17,499 bases of DNA, taken from assembly GCA_043822925.1 (NCBI GenBank), contig JBDRBF010000035.1, positions 1 to 17,499 of the forward strand, read 5' to 3'. The notes beneath the pieces were generated by a model. The model was given only the letters and a program-made list of their open reading frames with translations, did no database searches and had not been told where the DNA came from. Positions within the stretch are counted from its first letter, which is position 1. Each line of letters opens with the position of its first letter. The translations under genes were made by a program, and so were the position numbers. Shown piece after piece: positions 8,590 through 15,778 of this stretch. The DNA comes from a bacterium. GTDB taxonomy: Bacteria > Babelota > Babeliae > Babelales > RVW-14.

Positions 8590-8684
8590 AAGAGCCCTTT
8601 GCATGGCAAAAACAACAAAATTATCTTTAATATATAATAATATGGACTTTGACCCCAGATCCCGACTACAGAAAATCCTGGTTC

Positions 8685-8736
8685 CTCGTGCTGAATAGCA
8701 CGAAACTTGTTTTAGCCTGGGGTTTTAACCCCGGGG
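8685..8736. repeat. Pair of hairpins downstream of tmRNA (terminator or REP-like)
   Basis: TCGTGCT-gaat-AGCACGA and CCTGGGGTT-tt-AACCCCGGG, duplicated at 7697-7746. Confidence 0.6.
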
Positions 8737-8752
8737 CATAAGATAAAAAAGT

Positions 8753-9137
8753 TGGTGGAGGCGATGGGAGTCGAACCCATGTCCGCAAAACCTGGAATTC
8801 CAAGCGCTACATGCTTATCCCTTGAATATTCTCTTACCTTCCTCAAAGGCATAAAAAATAGTAAGAGTCAGTTCAGTGATACAATTTTGCCACACAACTA
8901 AGAAGTCTTGCAAAAAGGTCCTGTCATTTTATACGAGTGAGCTTAGTGAACAGACACACCGGACTCACAAGAGGACTAAAGTACAGTTTAGGCGTAAGCC
9001 ACCGCTGCATTAAAGTCCTGAGCAACCATGTTTTGGTTTGCATTTATTGTTTGTTGAATGTTTATTTTACGAGTTTCCATACAAAGCTCGGCATGCTCTC
9101 AAAACACCTCATAATACGTCGAAGCCGTGACGCCCCC
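8753..9137 (-). ncRNA. ssrA: tmRNA (one-piece, 385 nt)
   Basis: 5' GGGGGCGTCACGGCTTCGAC and 3' ATGGGTTCGACTCCCATCGCCTCCACCA. The acceptor stem has a G3-U pair. Internal tag frame 9041-8988 begins after ATAAAT with GCA and encodes ANQNMVAQDFNAAVAYA*. Confidence 0.97.
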
Positions 9138-9189
9138 AACACAAATTTTTCAAAGACCGAATAGTTCAAATAGATTAAATTACCCCTTT

Positions 9190-9217
9190 AATATACGGTT
9201 TTTTGGCAAAAAATCAA
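9190..9217 (-). promoter_or_regulatory. Putative sigma70 promoter of ssrA
   Basis: Minus strand TTGATT-N16-TATATT, about 50 nt upstream of the mature tmRNA 5' end. Confidence 0.45.
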
Positions 9218-9336
9218 TCACAAAAAGACAAATTATTTTCAAATAGTTGCTTTTTTGGCATCTCAGGACTAAAAAGCCATTAATAAAACAGGCGTTTTAG
9301 CTGGTTTTTCCTATATAATCTGGCATACTAGAGTCT

Positions 9337-10311
9337 ATGAAAAACAAAAATATAAAATTCCTAAAAAATAGCATGTACGATCCTAAGCGCGACGCAATAA
9401 ATAAGCGTGAGTTACGTAATTTAGAAGATGAAGAGCATGACCTGCCAAGAAAGAAAAAATCTCTCGGGCAGCACTTCTTACGCAAACAATCAGTCGTCGA
9501 CAACATGATCTCGAGCGTTACCATCACCCCTGAAACTTCAGTCATGGAAATCGGCTGTGGTGACGGCTTCTTAACACAGGCAATACTTAATCAAACACGC
9601 TGCAAACAATTAACATGCTTCGAAATTGACCCTGAATGGGTCGAGTTTGTAAAAAACAAAATTAAAGACCCACGCCTTACGATTGTGCTAGAAAACATCT
9701 TAACAGTAAGTCTTGAGCCTCTCTATAAAACTAAACCATTAGTACTGCTGGCTAACCTGCCATACCAAATAACGTTCCCCATCATGTTCATGCTCCAAAA
9801 AGATAAAGCCCTCTTTCAAGAAGGCGTCGTTATGGTTCAGGAAGAAGTAGCGCAAAAAATAGTTTCTTCACGGGGAAAAACATATGGTCCAACAAGCATG
9901 TTTTTACAATATCATTTTACGTTTAAGCTACTTGAGAAAATAGAACCAGGCTCGTTCAGCCCACCGCCAAAAGTACATTCTCGTTTGATTCACTTTAAAC
10001 CAAAACTCGAAGTTACACCTATCAAAGACGAAGAGAACTTTTGGAAATTCTTAAAAACATGCTTTCAATTTCCACGCAGAACGCTCAGGAATAATATCAA
10101 AGCAACAAACTTTCTTCATCATGAATCTCTTACAGAAACGTTACTTGACCTAAGAGCTCAACAGCTTTCTTTTGAGCAATTTCTAGTCGTCTGGGATAAA
10201 ATATCTCCGGACTTAAAAACTGCTGTGCCCGGCCAAGCCTCGTGCAAAGCCTGGGAATCAAATTCAGACGACACAAAAACTTCACTCGATATGCTTAAGT
10301 TAACAAAATAA
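9337..10311 (+). CDS. rsmA: 16S rRNA adenine dimethyltransferase RsmA/KsgA
   Basis: KKSLGQHFL, EIGCGDGFLT, FEIDP, ANLPYQIT, MVQEEVAQKI, FSPPPKVHS, FQFPRRTLRNN, RAQQLS. The start may be 9373. About 35 extra C-terminal residues. Confidence 0.96.
   Translation: MKNKNIKFLKNSMYDPKRDAINKRELRNLEDEEHDLPRKKKSLGQHFLRKQSVVDNMISSVTITPETSVMEIGCGDGFLTQAILNQTRCKQLTCFEIDPEWVEFVKNKIKDPRLTIVLENILTVSLEPLYKTKPLVLLANLPYQITFPIMFMLQKDKALFQEGVVMVQEEVAQKIVSSRGKTYGPTSMFLQYHFTFKLLEKIEPGSFSPPPKVHSRLIHFKPKLEVTPIKDEENFWKFLKTCFQFPRRTLRNNIKATNFLHHESLTETLLDLRAQQLSFEQFLVVWDKISPDLKTAVPGQASCKAWESNSDDTKTSLDMLKLTK
10223..10255 (-). repeat. GC-rich palindromic repeat-like segment in the rsmA C-terminal extension
   Basis: Minus strand CCCAGGCTTTGCACGAGGCTTGGCCGGGCACAG, similar in layout to the inner element in recO (2040-2072). 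Confidence 0.45.
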
Positions 10312-10331
10312 AAAATTTTAACGGAGGCTCT

Positions 10332-12014
10332 ATGAAAAAGACAAAACGTTTTTCACATACGTTTACATGTACTCTTATACATACTTTTTTGACCATATTT
10401 ATAACGTTCTCGTCGCACTTATTTAGTGCAACACCAGAAGAAACGCGAAATAATACACTCGATATAAACATAAACGCTTTGACAGGACATACAACTCAAG
10501 AAACAGCTCAAAAAGCTCAAGAACCCAAAAAAAGCTGGAGCGAAATTTGCGAACAAAAAAAAGACGCTGTCGTACAAATTTTTGCATATGGTTGCCAGTA
10601 CAATCTATTTGAACCATTCAAAATGCCTGAAAATTTTAGCTCAACAGGAACCGGTTTTTTCATCAATAACGACGGCGACATACTCACTGCTTACCATGTT
10701 GTCGCGCAGTCAGTATCTCTAGAAATACAAATACCATCTCTAGGTAAAGAACGATTCCCCGTTATTTTTATTGGCGGATGCCCGCACAAAGATGTCGCTA
10801 AATTACGTTTAGCAGACGAAGTTTTAGCCCTCATAAAACAAAAATTTAACACACAAGAACTCAAATATTTAGAACTAGGCGACTCAGACACCCTACTAGA
10901 AGCTCAAAAAATAATGGCCCTCGGTTTTCCTCTGGGAGATGAAGAAATCAAGATTTCTGTAGGCGATGTTTCTGGCAGAAAAACAACCACATTAGGGGAA
11001 AGCATCCAAACAACAGCCCCTATAAATCCAGGCAACTCAGGTGGCCCGTGCCTCAACAAACAAGGCAAAGTTATCGGCATCTGCAGTTCTAAGAAAGTAG
11101 GAGAAGAAATAGAAGGCGTCGCATATCTTATACCTATAAAAAATATATTCCCCATCATGGATCAACTATGCAATAAAGCACTTATCAAAAAACCATATTG
11201 GGGGCTAGAAATACTCCCAACAACCGCTGACACGCTTGAATTCTTAGGCAATCCAATTGACGGCGGGATATACATAAAAAAAGTCGAAAAGGGCTCTTTA
11301 GCTGAAGAATATAAAATAAAAAAAAGCGACGTTTTATACAAAATAAACGACAAGCAAATAGACAAATATGGAGACATTGACTCCCCATGGGGCACCGGAA
11401 AAGTAAACGCGCATGACTATCTGGCCCGTCTTCCGCTTGGAAGCGTAGTAACATATACACTCTACAGACAAGGTAAAAAAATAGAAATCTCAGGAGAAAT
11501 AAAAAACCCCGATCAATACAAAATAAAACACATATACCCATGGATTGATGCCCCACTTGAATATGAAATTATCGGCGGCATGGTTATTGTAGAACTAACA
11601 TTAAACCACATAGATATACTAAAGAATACACCCTACAATTTCTCACTCATTAAAAAATATGCTGACGATGAAAATCGCCTCAAACCTCGTCTCATGATCT
11701 CTACTATATATCCCTCATCACCATTTCATAATACCCGCTGCTTTAGAGATGGAGATTGGATCATAAAAAAAGTTAACGGCATCAAAGTTTATACGATACA
11801 AGAATTCCGGCAGGCTGTACTGGATGGGGCCACAAATAAATCACTCACGGTTGAAACTACTGGAGGCTCATTTGCCGCCGTCAAAATAAGCGATATTATT
11901 AGCAAAGAAGACGAATTATCACACATATATTTTTATCCAAAATCTGAACTTGTCTCACAGTTAGCAGAAAGAAGCACTAAAGATACAAAAGAACTCGAAA
12001 ACATGCCTATTTAA
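10332..12014 (+). CDS. Trypsin-like serine protease with PDZ domains (HtrA/Deg family), paralogue 1, with signal peptide
   Basis: GTGFFI, LTAYHVV (His), KDVAKL (Asp), INPGNSGGP (Ser), a PDZ region and a YEIIGGMV second PDZ-like domain. GGAGG SD. Confidence 0.93.
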   Translation: MKKTKRFSHTFTCTLIHTFLTIFITFSSHLFSATPEETRNNTLDININALTGHTTQETAQKAQEPKKSWSEICEQKKDAVVQIFAYGCQYNLFEPFKMPENFSSTGTGFFINNDGDILTAYHVVAQSVSLEIQIPSLGKERFPVIFIGGCPHKDVAKLRLADEVLALIKQKFNTQELKYLELGDSDTLLEAQKIMALGFPLGDEEIKISVGDVSGRKTTTLGESIQTTAPINPGNSGGPCLNKQGKVIGICSSKKVGEEIEGVAYLIPIKNIFPIMDQLCNKALIKKPYWGLEILPTTADTLEFLGNPIDGGIYIKKVEKGSLAEEYKIKKSDVLYKINDKQIDKYGDIDSPWGTGKVNAHDYLARLPLGSVVTYTLYRQGKKIEISGEIKNPDQYKIKHIYPWIDAPLEYEIIGGMVIVELTLNHIDILKNTPYNFSLIKKYADDENRLKPRLMISTIYPSSPFHNTRCFRDGDWIIKKVNGIKVYTIQEFRQAVLDGATNKSLTVETTGGSFAAVKISDIISKEDELSHIYFYPKSELVSQLAERSTKDTKELENMPI

Positions 12015-12033
12015 TACATTTTTAAATATACGT

Positions 12034-12088
12034 TTAAATATAGATAGCGGCTCATAGTTTTTTACCATGAGCCGCTATCTATATTTAA
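12034..12088. terminator. Long perfect hairpin, probable bidirectional terminator
   Basis: 22-bp perfect inverted repeat TTAAATATAGATAGCGGCTCAT (12034-12055) and its complement (12067-12088) with an 11-nt loop, 20 nt after the protease stop. Confidence 0.7.
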
Positions 12089-12206
12089 GCCGTCGCAAAT
12101 CACGAATAATTTAAGCTCCCATCCCCCCCCCATCACGCCCTAAAAAATTTTAAACTATAGTGACCCCCATAGTCAAGACAATTTTTAGTCTTGCTTTTCG
12201 GAATTT

Positions 12207-13160
12207 TTAATAAGCCATCGGCACCCCCATTGATCTAATCTGTTGAACTGTAAATTTGCTATTACACACCATCGAAAATGAATCGAATTTTATAGCCACT
12301 TCAAACGTTGCGTAATAAATTTCATCAGGCCTTTTGTAGTCGAGCGACTGATAAAACCGTTCTCGATTATAAAAGTTGATGTAATCTTTCACAATCAATC
12401 GTACTTCTGCAATGTTTTCAAGGGCATGGAATCGCAATGCTTCATATTTAATGCTTCGCCAAAACCGCTCAATGATGATGTTGTCAGCCCATCGACCTTT
12501 GCCATCCATACTGATTTTTATGCCTTCTTTTTCTAAGCGACCAACCCACATTTCACTGGTAAATTGGCAACCCTGATCGCTGTTAAAAATTTCAGGATTT
12601 CCATGCATTAAGGCCACCTCTAACGCTACGATGCATGCTTCAGAATCAAGGTATGGCGATAGCGCCCAACCCATAATCTTTCGACTAAAAACATCGATGA
12701 TGCAAACCAAATAAACCCAGCCCCCACGTATTCTTATGTATGTGATATCGGTTTTCCATACCTGATTTGGGTGATCAATTACCAAATTTTTTAAAAGATA
12801 TGGAAACACTTTGTGCTCCTTATTTGGAATGCTCGTTTTTTTATAAGGAGCAACAGCACTAAGCCCTGTTAATGTCATAAGACGCTGTGTTTTCTTGATG
12901 TTATGCTTAAAGTTTTTTTCAAGAAGTGCTTCATGAATTTTACGATATCCGTAAAACGGATGACGTTCATATTCCCCTCGAATTTCATTCATGATTATCA
13001 CGTCTTTGTTATCGCTTTGTTTGAGTTTGTAATATAAGCCGCTACGATTGACATCAAGCAATTTGCATCGCTTAGAAAGACTCAATTTACTTTCGTGCTC
13101 AATCCATTGCTTACGCACCTGGATATCTAGCGACTGAGCACACGTTCTAAAAAATTGCAT
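12207..13160 (-). CDS. IS3-family transposase OrfB (DDE integrase core)
   Basis: HPFYGYRKI, PNQVWKTDITYI (D), IFNSDQGCQFTS (D), SMDGKGRWADNIIIERFWRSIKYE (E). In the -1 frame relative to orfA. Confidence 0.95.
   Translation of the reverse strand: MQFFRTCAQSLDIQVRKQWIEHESKLSLSKRCKLLDVNRSGLYYKLKQSDNKDVIIMNEIRGEYERHPFYGYRKIHEALLEKNFKHNIKKTQRLMTLTGLSAVAPYKKTSIPNKEHKVFPYLLKNLVIDHPNQVWKTDITYIRIRGGWVYLVCIIDVFSRKIMGWALSPYLDSEACIVALEVALMHGNPEIFNSDQGCQFTSEMWVGRLEKEGIKISMDGKGRWADNIIIERFWRSIKYEALRFHALENIAEVRLIVKDYINFYNRERFYQSLDYKRPDEIYYATFEVAIKFDSFSMVCNSKFTVQQIRSMGVPMAY
13095..13154 (-). promoter_or_regulatory. Programmed -1 frameshift signal fusing OrfA and OrfB
   Basis: Slippery T_TTT_TTA (13154-13148) in the orfA frame, followed after 6 nt by a 10-bp stem GTGCTCAGTC/GATTGAGCAC enclosing TGC-GTAA-GCA. 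SD-like AAGGGA upstream. Confidence 0.7.
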
Positions 13161-13405
13161 TCTTCCCTTACTTGTTCAAGCTCTGCAAGTAGCTTTTCGT
13201 AGGTTGGTTCTTTTTTTATCTTTCTTTTGTCTAAAAAAATTTCATAACCGTGTTCTTCAAGTTGCTGTTTCCATGCATACGCTTGGCTTGGTGAAATATT
13301 AAATTCGTGACATAAATCATCTACCGATTTATTACCTTTTATCATAGCCAAAGCTATTTTTGCCTTAAATTTATCATCATGATTTTTTTTCACACCATCA
13401 TTCAT
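13127..13405 (-). CDS. IS3-family OrfA (HTH), overlapping OrfB
   Basis: HDDKFKAKIALAMIKGNKSVDDLCHEFNISPSQAYAWKQQL plus a C-terminal zipper-like helix. Confidence 0.92.
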   Translation of the reverse strand: MNDGVKKNHDDKFKAKIALAMIKGNKSVDDLCHEFNISPSQAYAWKQQLEEHGYEIFLDKRKIKKEPTYEKLLAELEQVREECNFLERVLSR

Positions 13406-13494
13406 GAGAACGCCTTTCGAACAAAACCTTTTGTTAGATTCAACTTCCTCATGTTAATTTAAGCTTGTCATTGTTGTCCACGGTTTATCCTTAT

Positions 13495-13770
13495 TTAAAG
13501 CGATCGCAATAAGGAATCACGTTCTACAACAAGCCTGCCAATGATTGCATGAAATTTTTCAGCATCAGGGCTTTTCTTTGTTGCACTCTTACCATTTGAA
13601 AAAGCTTCAACGCCTCGTTCTTCAAGCTGCTTTTTCCATGCGTAGATTTGGCTTGAGGCAAGGGCAAACTCTTGGCATAATTCAGCCACTGGCTTATCAG
13701 CTTTTATAGCTGCCAACGCAACTTTTAACTTAAACTTATCTCTGTGAATTTTGTTTGTTTTGTCATTCAT
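13495..13770 (-). CDS. Second IS3-family OrfA-like HTH protein
   Basis: HRDKFKLKVALAAIKADKPVAELCQEFALASSQIYAWKKQL...IGRLVVERDSL. 34/57 identical to the other OrfA over the N-terminus (hand count). Confidence 0.9.
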   Translation of the reverse strand: MNDKTNKIHRDKFKLKVALAAIKADKPVAELCQEFALASSQIYAWKKQLEERGVEAFSNGKSATKKSPDAEKFHAIIGRLVVERDSLLRSL

Positions 13771-13994
13771 ATCAATGCCCCCCAGGCGTATTTTTATAGT
13801 TCATGTTTTTTGATGTCTAAATTCTCAAGTTACCCTGTCTAGTTTTATGGGGTCAGTATAAACATTGAATTTTCATGCTCTTTTATGTTTTTATAAAACA
13901 ATAAATGCGCTATTTTAATAATTCACGCACAAAGTACGCATAAAACATATTGGAAGCAATTCAAACAGAGAGACCTAAAAACAGAAAGATAACT

Positions 13995-15743
13995 ATGAAA
14001 AATTTAATGGAAAAAAAACTGCAATATATATTTAATATAGTATGTATAATTTTATTATTATTCAGTCCATCAAATATAAACAGCAAAGCTTATCCGCAAC
14101 TAAATCCCATAGAAACAGACTCCCAAGATGCACAAGATTTTGATGCTCAAGATTTTGATATTGCCGAAGATGATGACAATGATATTACGACATATATCCC
14201 AAACTGGGCAAAAGTACAAAAACGAGCAAAAGACACCGTCGTCCAAGTTTTTTCTCAAGTTTCAGAATTCAATTGGGAGCAACCGTACAAAACACCTGAT
14301 CAAAGCAGCGCATGCGGCACTGGTTTTTTTATCTATAATCAGGGCCACTTATTAACAAATTTTCACGTCATAGATGAAGCAGTAAGTATAAAAATCCAAA
14401 TACCAACACTCGGAAAAGAACGCTTTACAACAAAAGTTATTGGCGTCTGCCCAGAAAGAGATTTAGCATTACTCAAACTCACTGATATCTCTCGCACACA
14501 AATTATCAATAAACTTGGTAAAATTTCACACTTAAACCTAGGAAACTCTGACATCATACGCAGAACAAACCAGATACTTGCTCTCGGATACCCGCTCAGC
14601 CAAGAAAAACTCAAAAGCACTCAAGGCATAGTGAGCGGCAGAGAAAATATAGATAACGAGTCATATATTCAAATTACAGCTGCAATAAATAAAGGCAATT
14701 CAGGGGGCCCGTCACTCAATTCCAAAGGCGAGGTGATCGGCATCAATACTTGTGGCGTCTCAAAAGCTCAAAGTGTCGGCTATATTATTCCGATTAACGA
14801 CATCAAAAATGTTATTAAAGATTTGCACAAAGTACGCTTACTCAGGAAACCATCATTTGGTTGCATCATAAATAAAGGCACCAAAGAACTCGTTAAATTT
14901 CTCAATAATCCTGAACCAGGTGGACTCTATGTCTCACACGTATTCAAGAATACGTTACTTGAAAAAGCAGGCATCCAAGCAGGCGATATGATCTATTCCA
15001 TCAATAGTCGAGTATTTGATTTATATGGTGAAACACAAGTAAGCTGGGCTGAAGATAAAGTTCCTGCAACAGCCCTGGTCAATCGTCTTAAATTAGGCGA
15101 AAAAATTGGCATTGATTTTTATCGCAACGGAGAAAGAAAAATAACTTCTTTCAACTTTGATCTTCAACCAGAACTACCAATACGAACGATCTATCCAGAA
15201 TACGAAAAAGTTGATTACGAGATTATTGGCGGCCTAGTTATCATGGAACTATCACTCAATCATATTGACATATTTCAGAACAAAAACCCCATGTTAATTA
15301 AATACACTAAACGCGAACATCAATATAAATCACGGCTTATTATCACCCATATTTTACCCAATTCGCAAGCACAACAAGCACGCGTTATCTCAAAAGCTGC
15401 CATAATAAAAAAAATTAACGGCATTCCAGTTAATACACTTGCTGACCTGAGAGCCGCTGTAATCACAAACAAAGAATTCTTAAGCATCGCAACAGAAAAC
15501 AAAGAATTCATGGTTCTTTCTATGAAAAAAATTATAAAACAAGAAGACGCGCTAACTAAACGTTATTTTTATAAAAAATCTGAAATTTTCAAAGCATTTG
15601 AACCTGAACCAGAAATACTAGAAACACCAATAATACCTGAAACTCAGGTAACACCAGAACCTCCAGTGCCACCAACAAATCAAACGCCAATTATGCAAAT
15701 AATGCAAGAAGCTCAAGAACAGGAAGTCCAAGAACCAAATTAA
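13995..15743 (+). CDS. Trypsin-like serine protease with PDZ domains (HtrA/Deg family), paralogue 2
   Basis: LTNFHVI, RDLALL, INKGNSGGP, YEIIGGLV. Hydrophobic N-terminal signal/anchor, acidic linker with DAQDF twice, Pro/Glu-rich tail. Start uncertain (13950 TTG, 13995 or 14007 ATG). Confidence 0.93.
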   Translation: MKNLMEKKLQYIFNIVCIILLLFSPSNINSKAYPQLNPIETDSQDAQDFDAQDFDIAEDDDNDITTYIPNWAKVQKRAKDTVVQVFSQVSEFNWEQPYKTPDQSSACGTGFFIYNQGHLLTNFHVIDEAVSIKIQIPTLGKERFTTKVIGVCPERDLALLKLTDISRTQIINKLGKISHLNLGNSDIIRRTNQILALGYPLSQEKLKSTQGIVSGRENIDNESYIQITAAINKGNSGGPSLNSKGEVIGINTCGVSKAQSVGYIIPINDIKNVIKDLHKVRLLRKPSFGCIINKGTKELVKFLNNPEPGGLYVSHVFKNTLLEKAGIQAGDMIYSINSRVFDLYGETQVSWAEDKVPATALVNRLKLGEKIGIDFYRNGERKITSFNFDLQPELPIRTIYPEYEKVDYEIIGGLVIMELSLNHIDIFQNKNPMLIKYTKREHQYKSRLIITHILPNSQAQQARVISKAAIIKKINGIPVNTLADLRAAVITNKEFLSIATENKEFMVLSMKKIIKQEDALTKRYFYKKSEIFKAFEPEPEILETPIIPETQVTPEPPVPPTNQTPIMQIMQEAQEQEVQEPN

Positions 15744-15778
15744 TACGCGTATAAAAAATAAAAAAAGGGAGAAAGTAA

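Larger units (their letters stand above)
7756..8752 (-). mobile_element. ~1 kb tmRNA-integrated islet carrying only a TA module
   Basis: Bounded by the intact tmRNA and the duplicated tmRNA 3' end (offset 997 nt). No integrase is present. Confidence 0.7.
12156..13860 (-). mobile_element. IS3-family insertion sequence, 1705 bp, with two orfA genes
   Basis: Imperfect 25-bp terminal IRs, TATAGTGACCCCCATAGTCAAGACA and TATACTGACCCCATAAAACTAGACA (18/25 ungapped). 3-bp target duplication AAC at 12153-12155 and 13861-13863. Confidence 0.92.

Noticed and set aside
8937-9164. 75-aa + strand ORF, and similarly ORFs 7603-7806 and 7724-7933
   Set aside because: They lie antisense to or across tmRNA and its duplicate and have no recognisable motifs.
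12123-12131. Poly-C tract as a phase-variation switch
   Set aside because: It is intergenic between convergent 3' ends, not in a promoter or ORF.
13406-13494. Internal IS end between the two orfA genes (minus strand AAACCGTGGACA)
   Set aside because: Only weak resemblance to the IR's inner AAACTAGACA, with no TGACCCC core. Not supportable, though a decayed end cannot be excluded.
14127-14159. 15-bp repeat GATGC(A/T)CAAGATTTT as a CRISPR or regulatory array
   Set aside because: Only two adjacent in-frame copies without spacers, encoding DAQDF in a low-complexity linker. No CRISPR array or cas gene is seen in the window.
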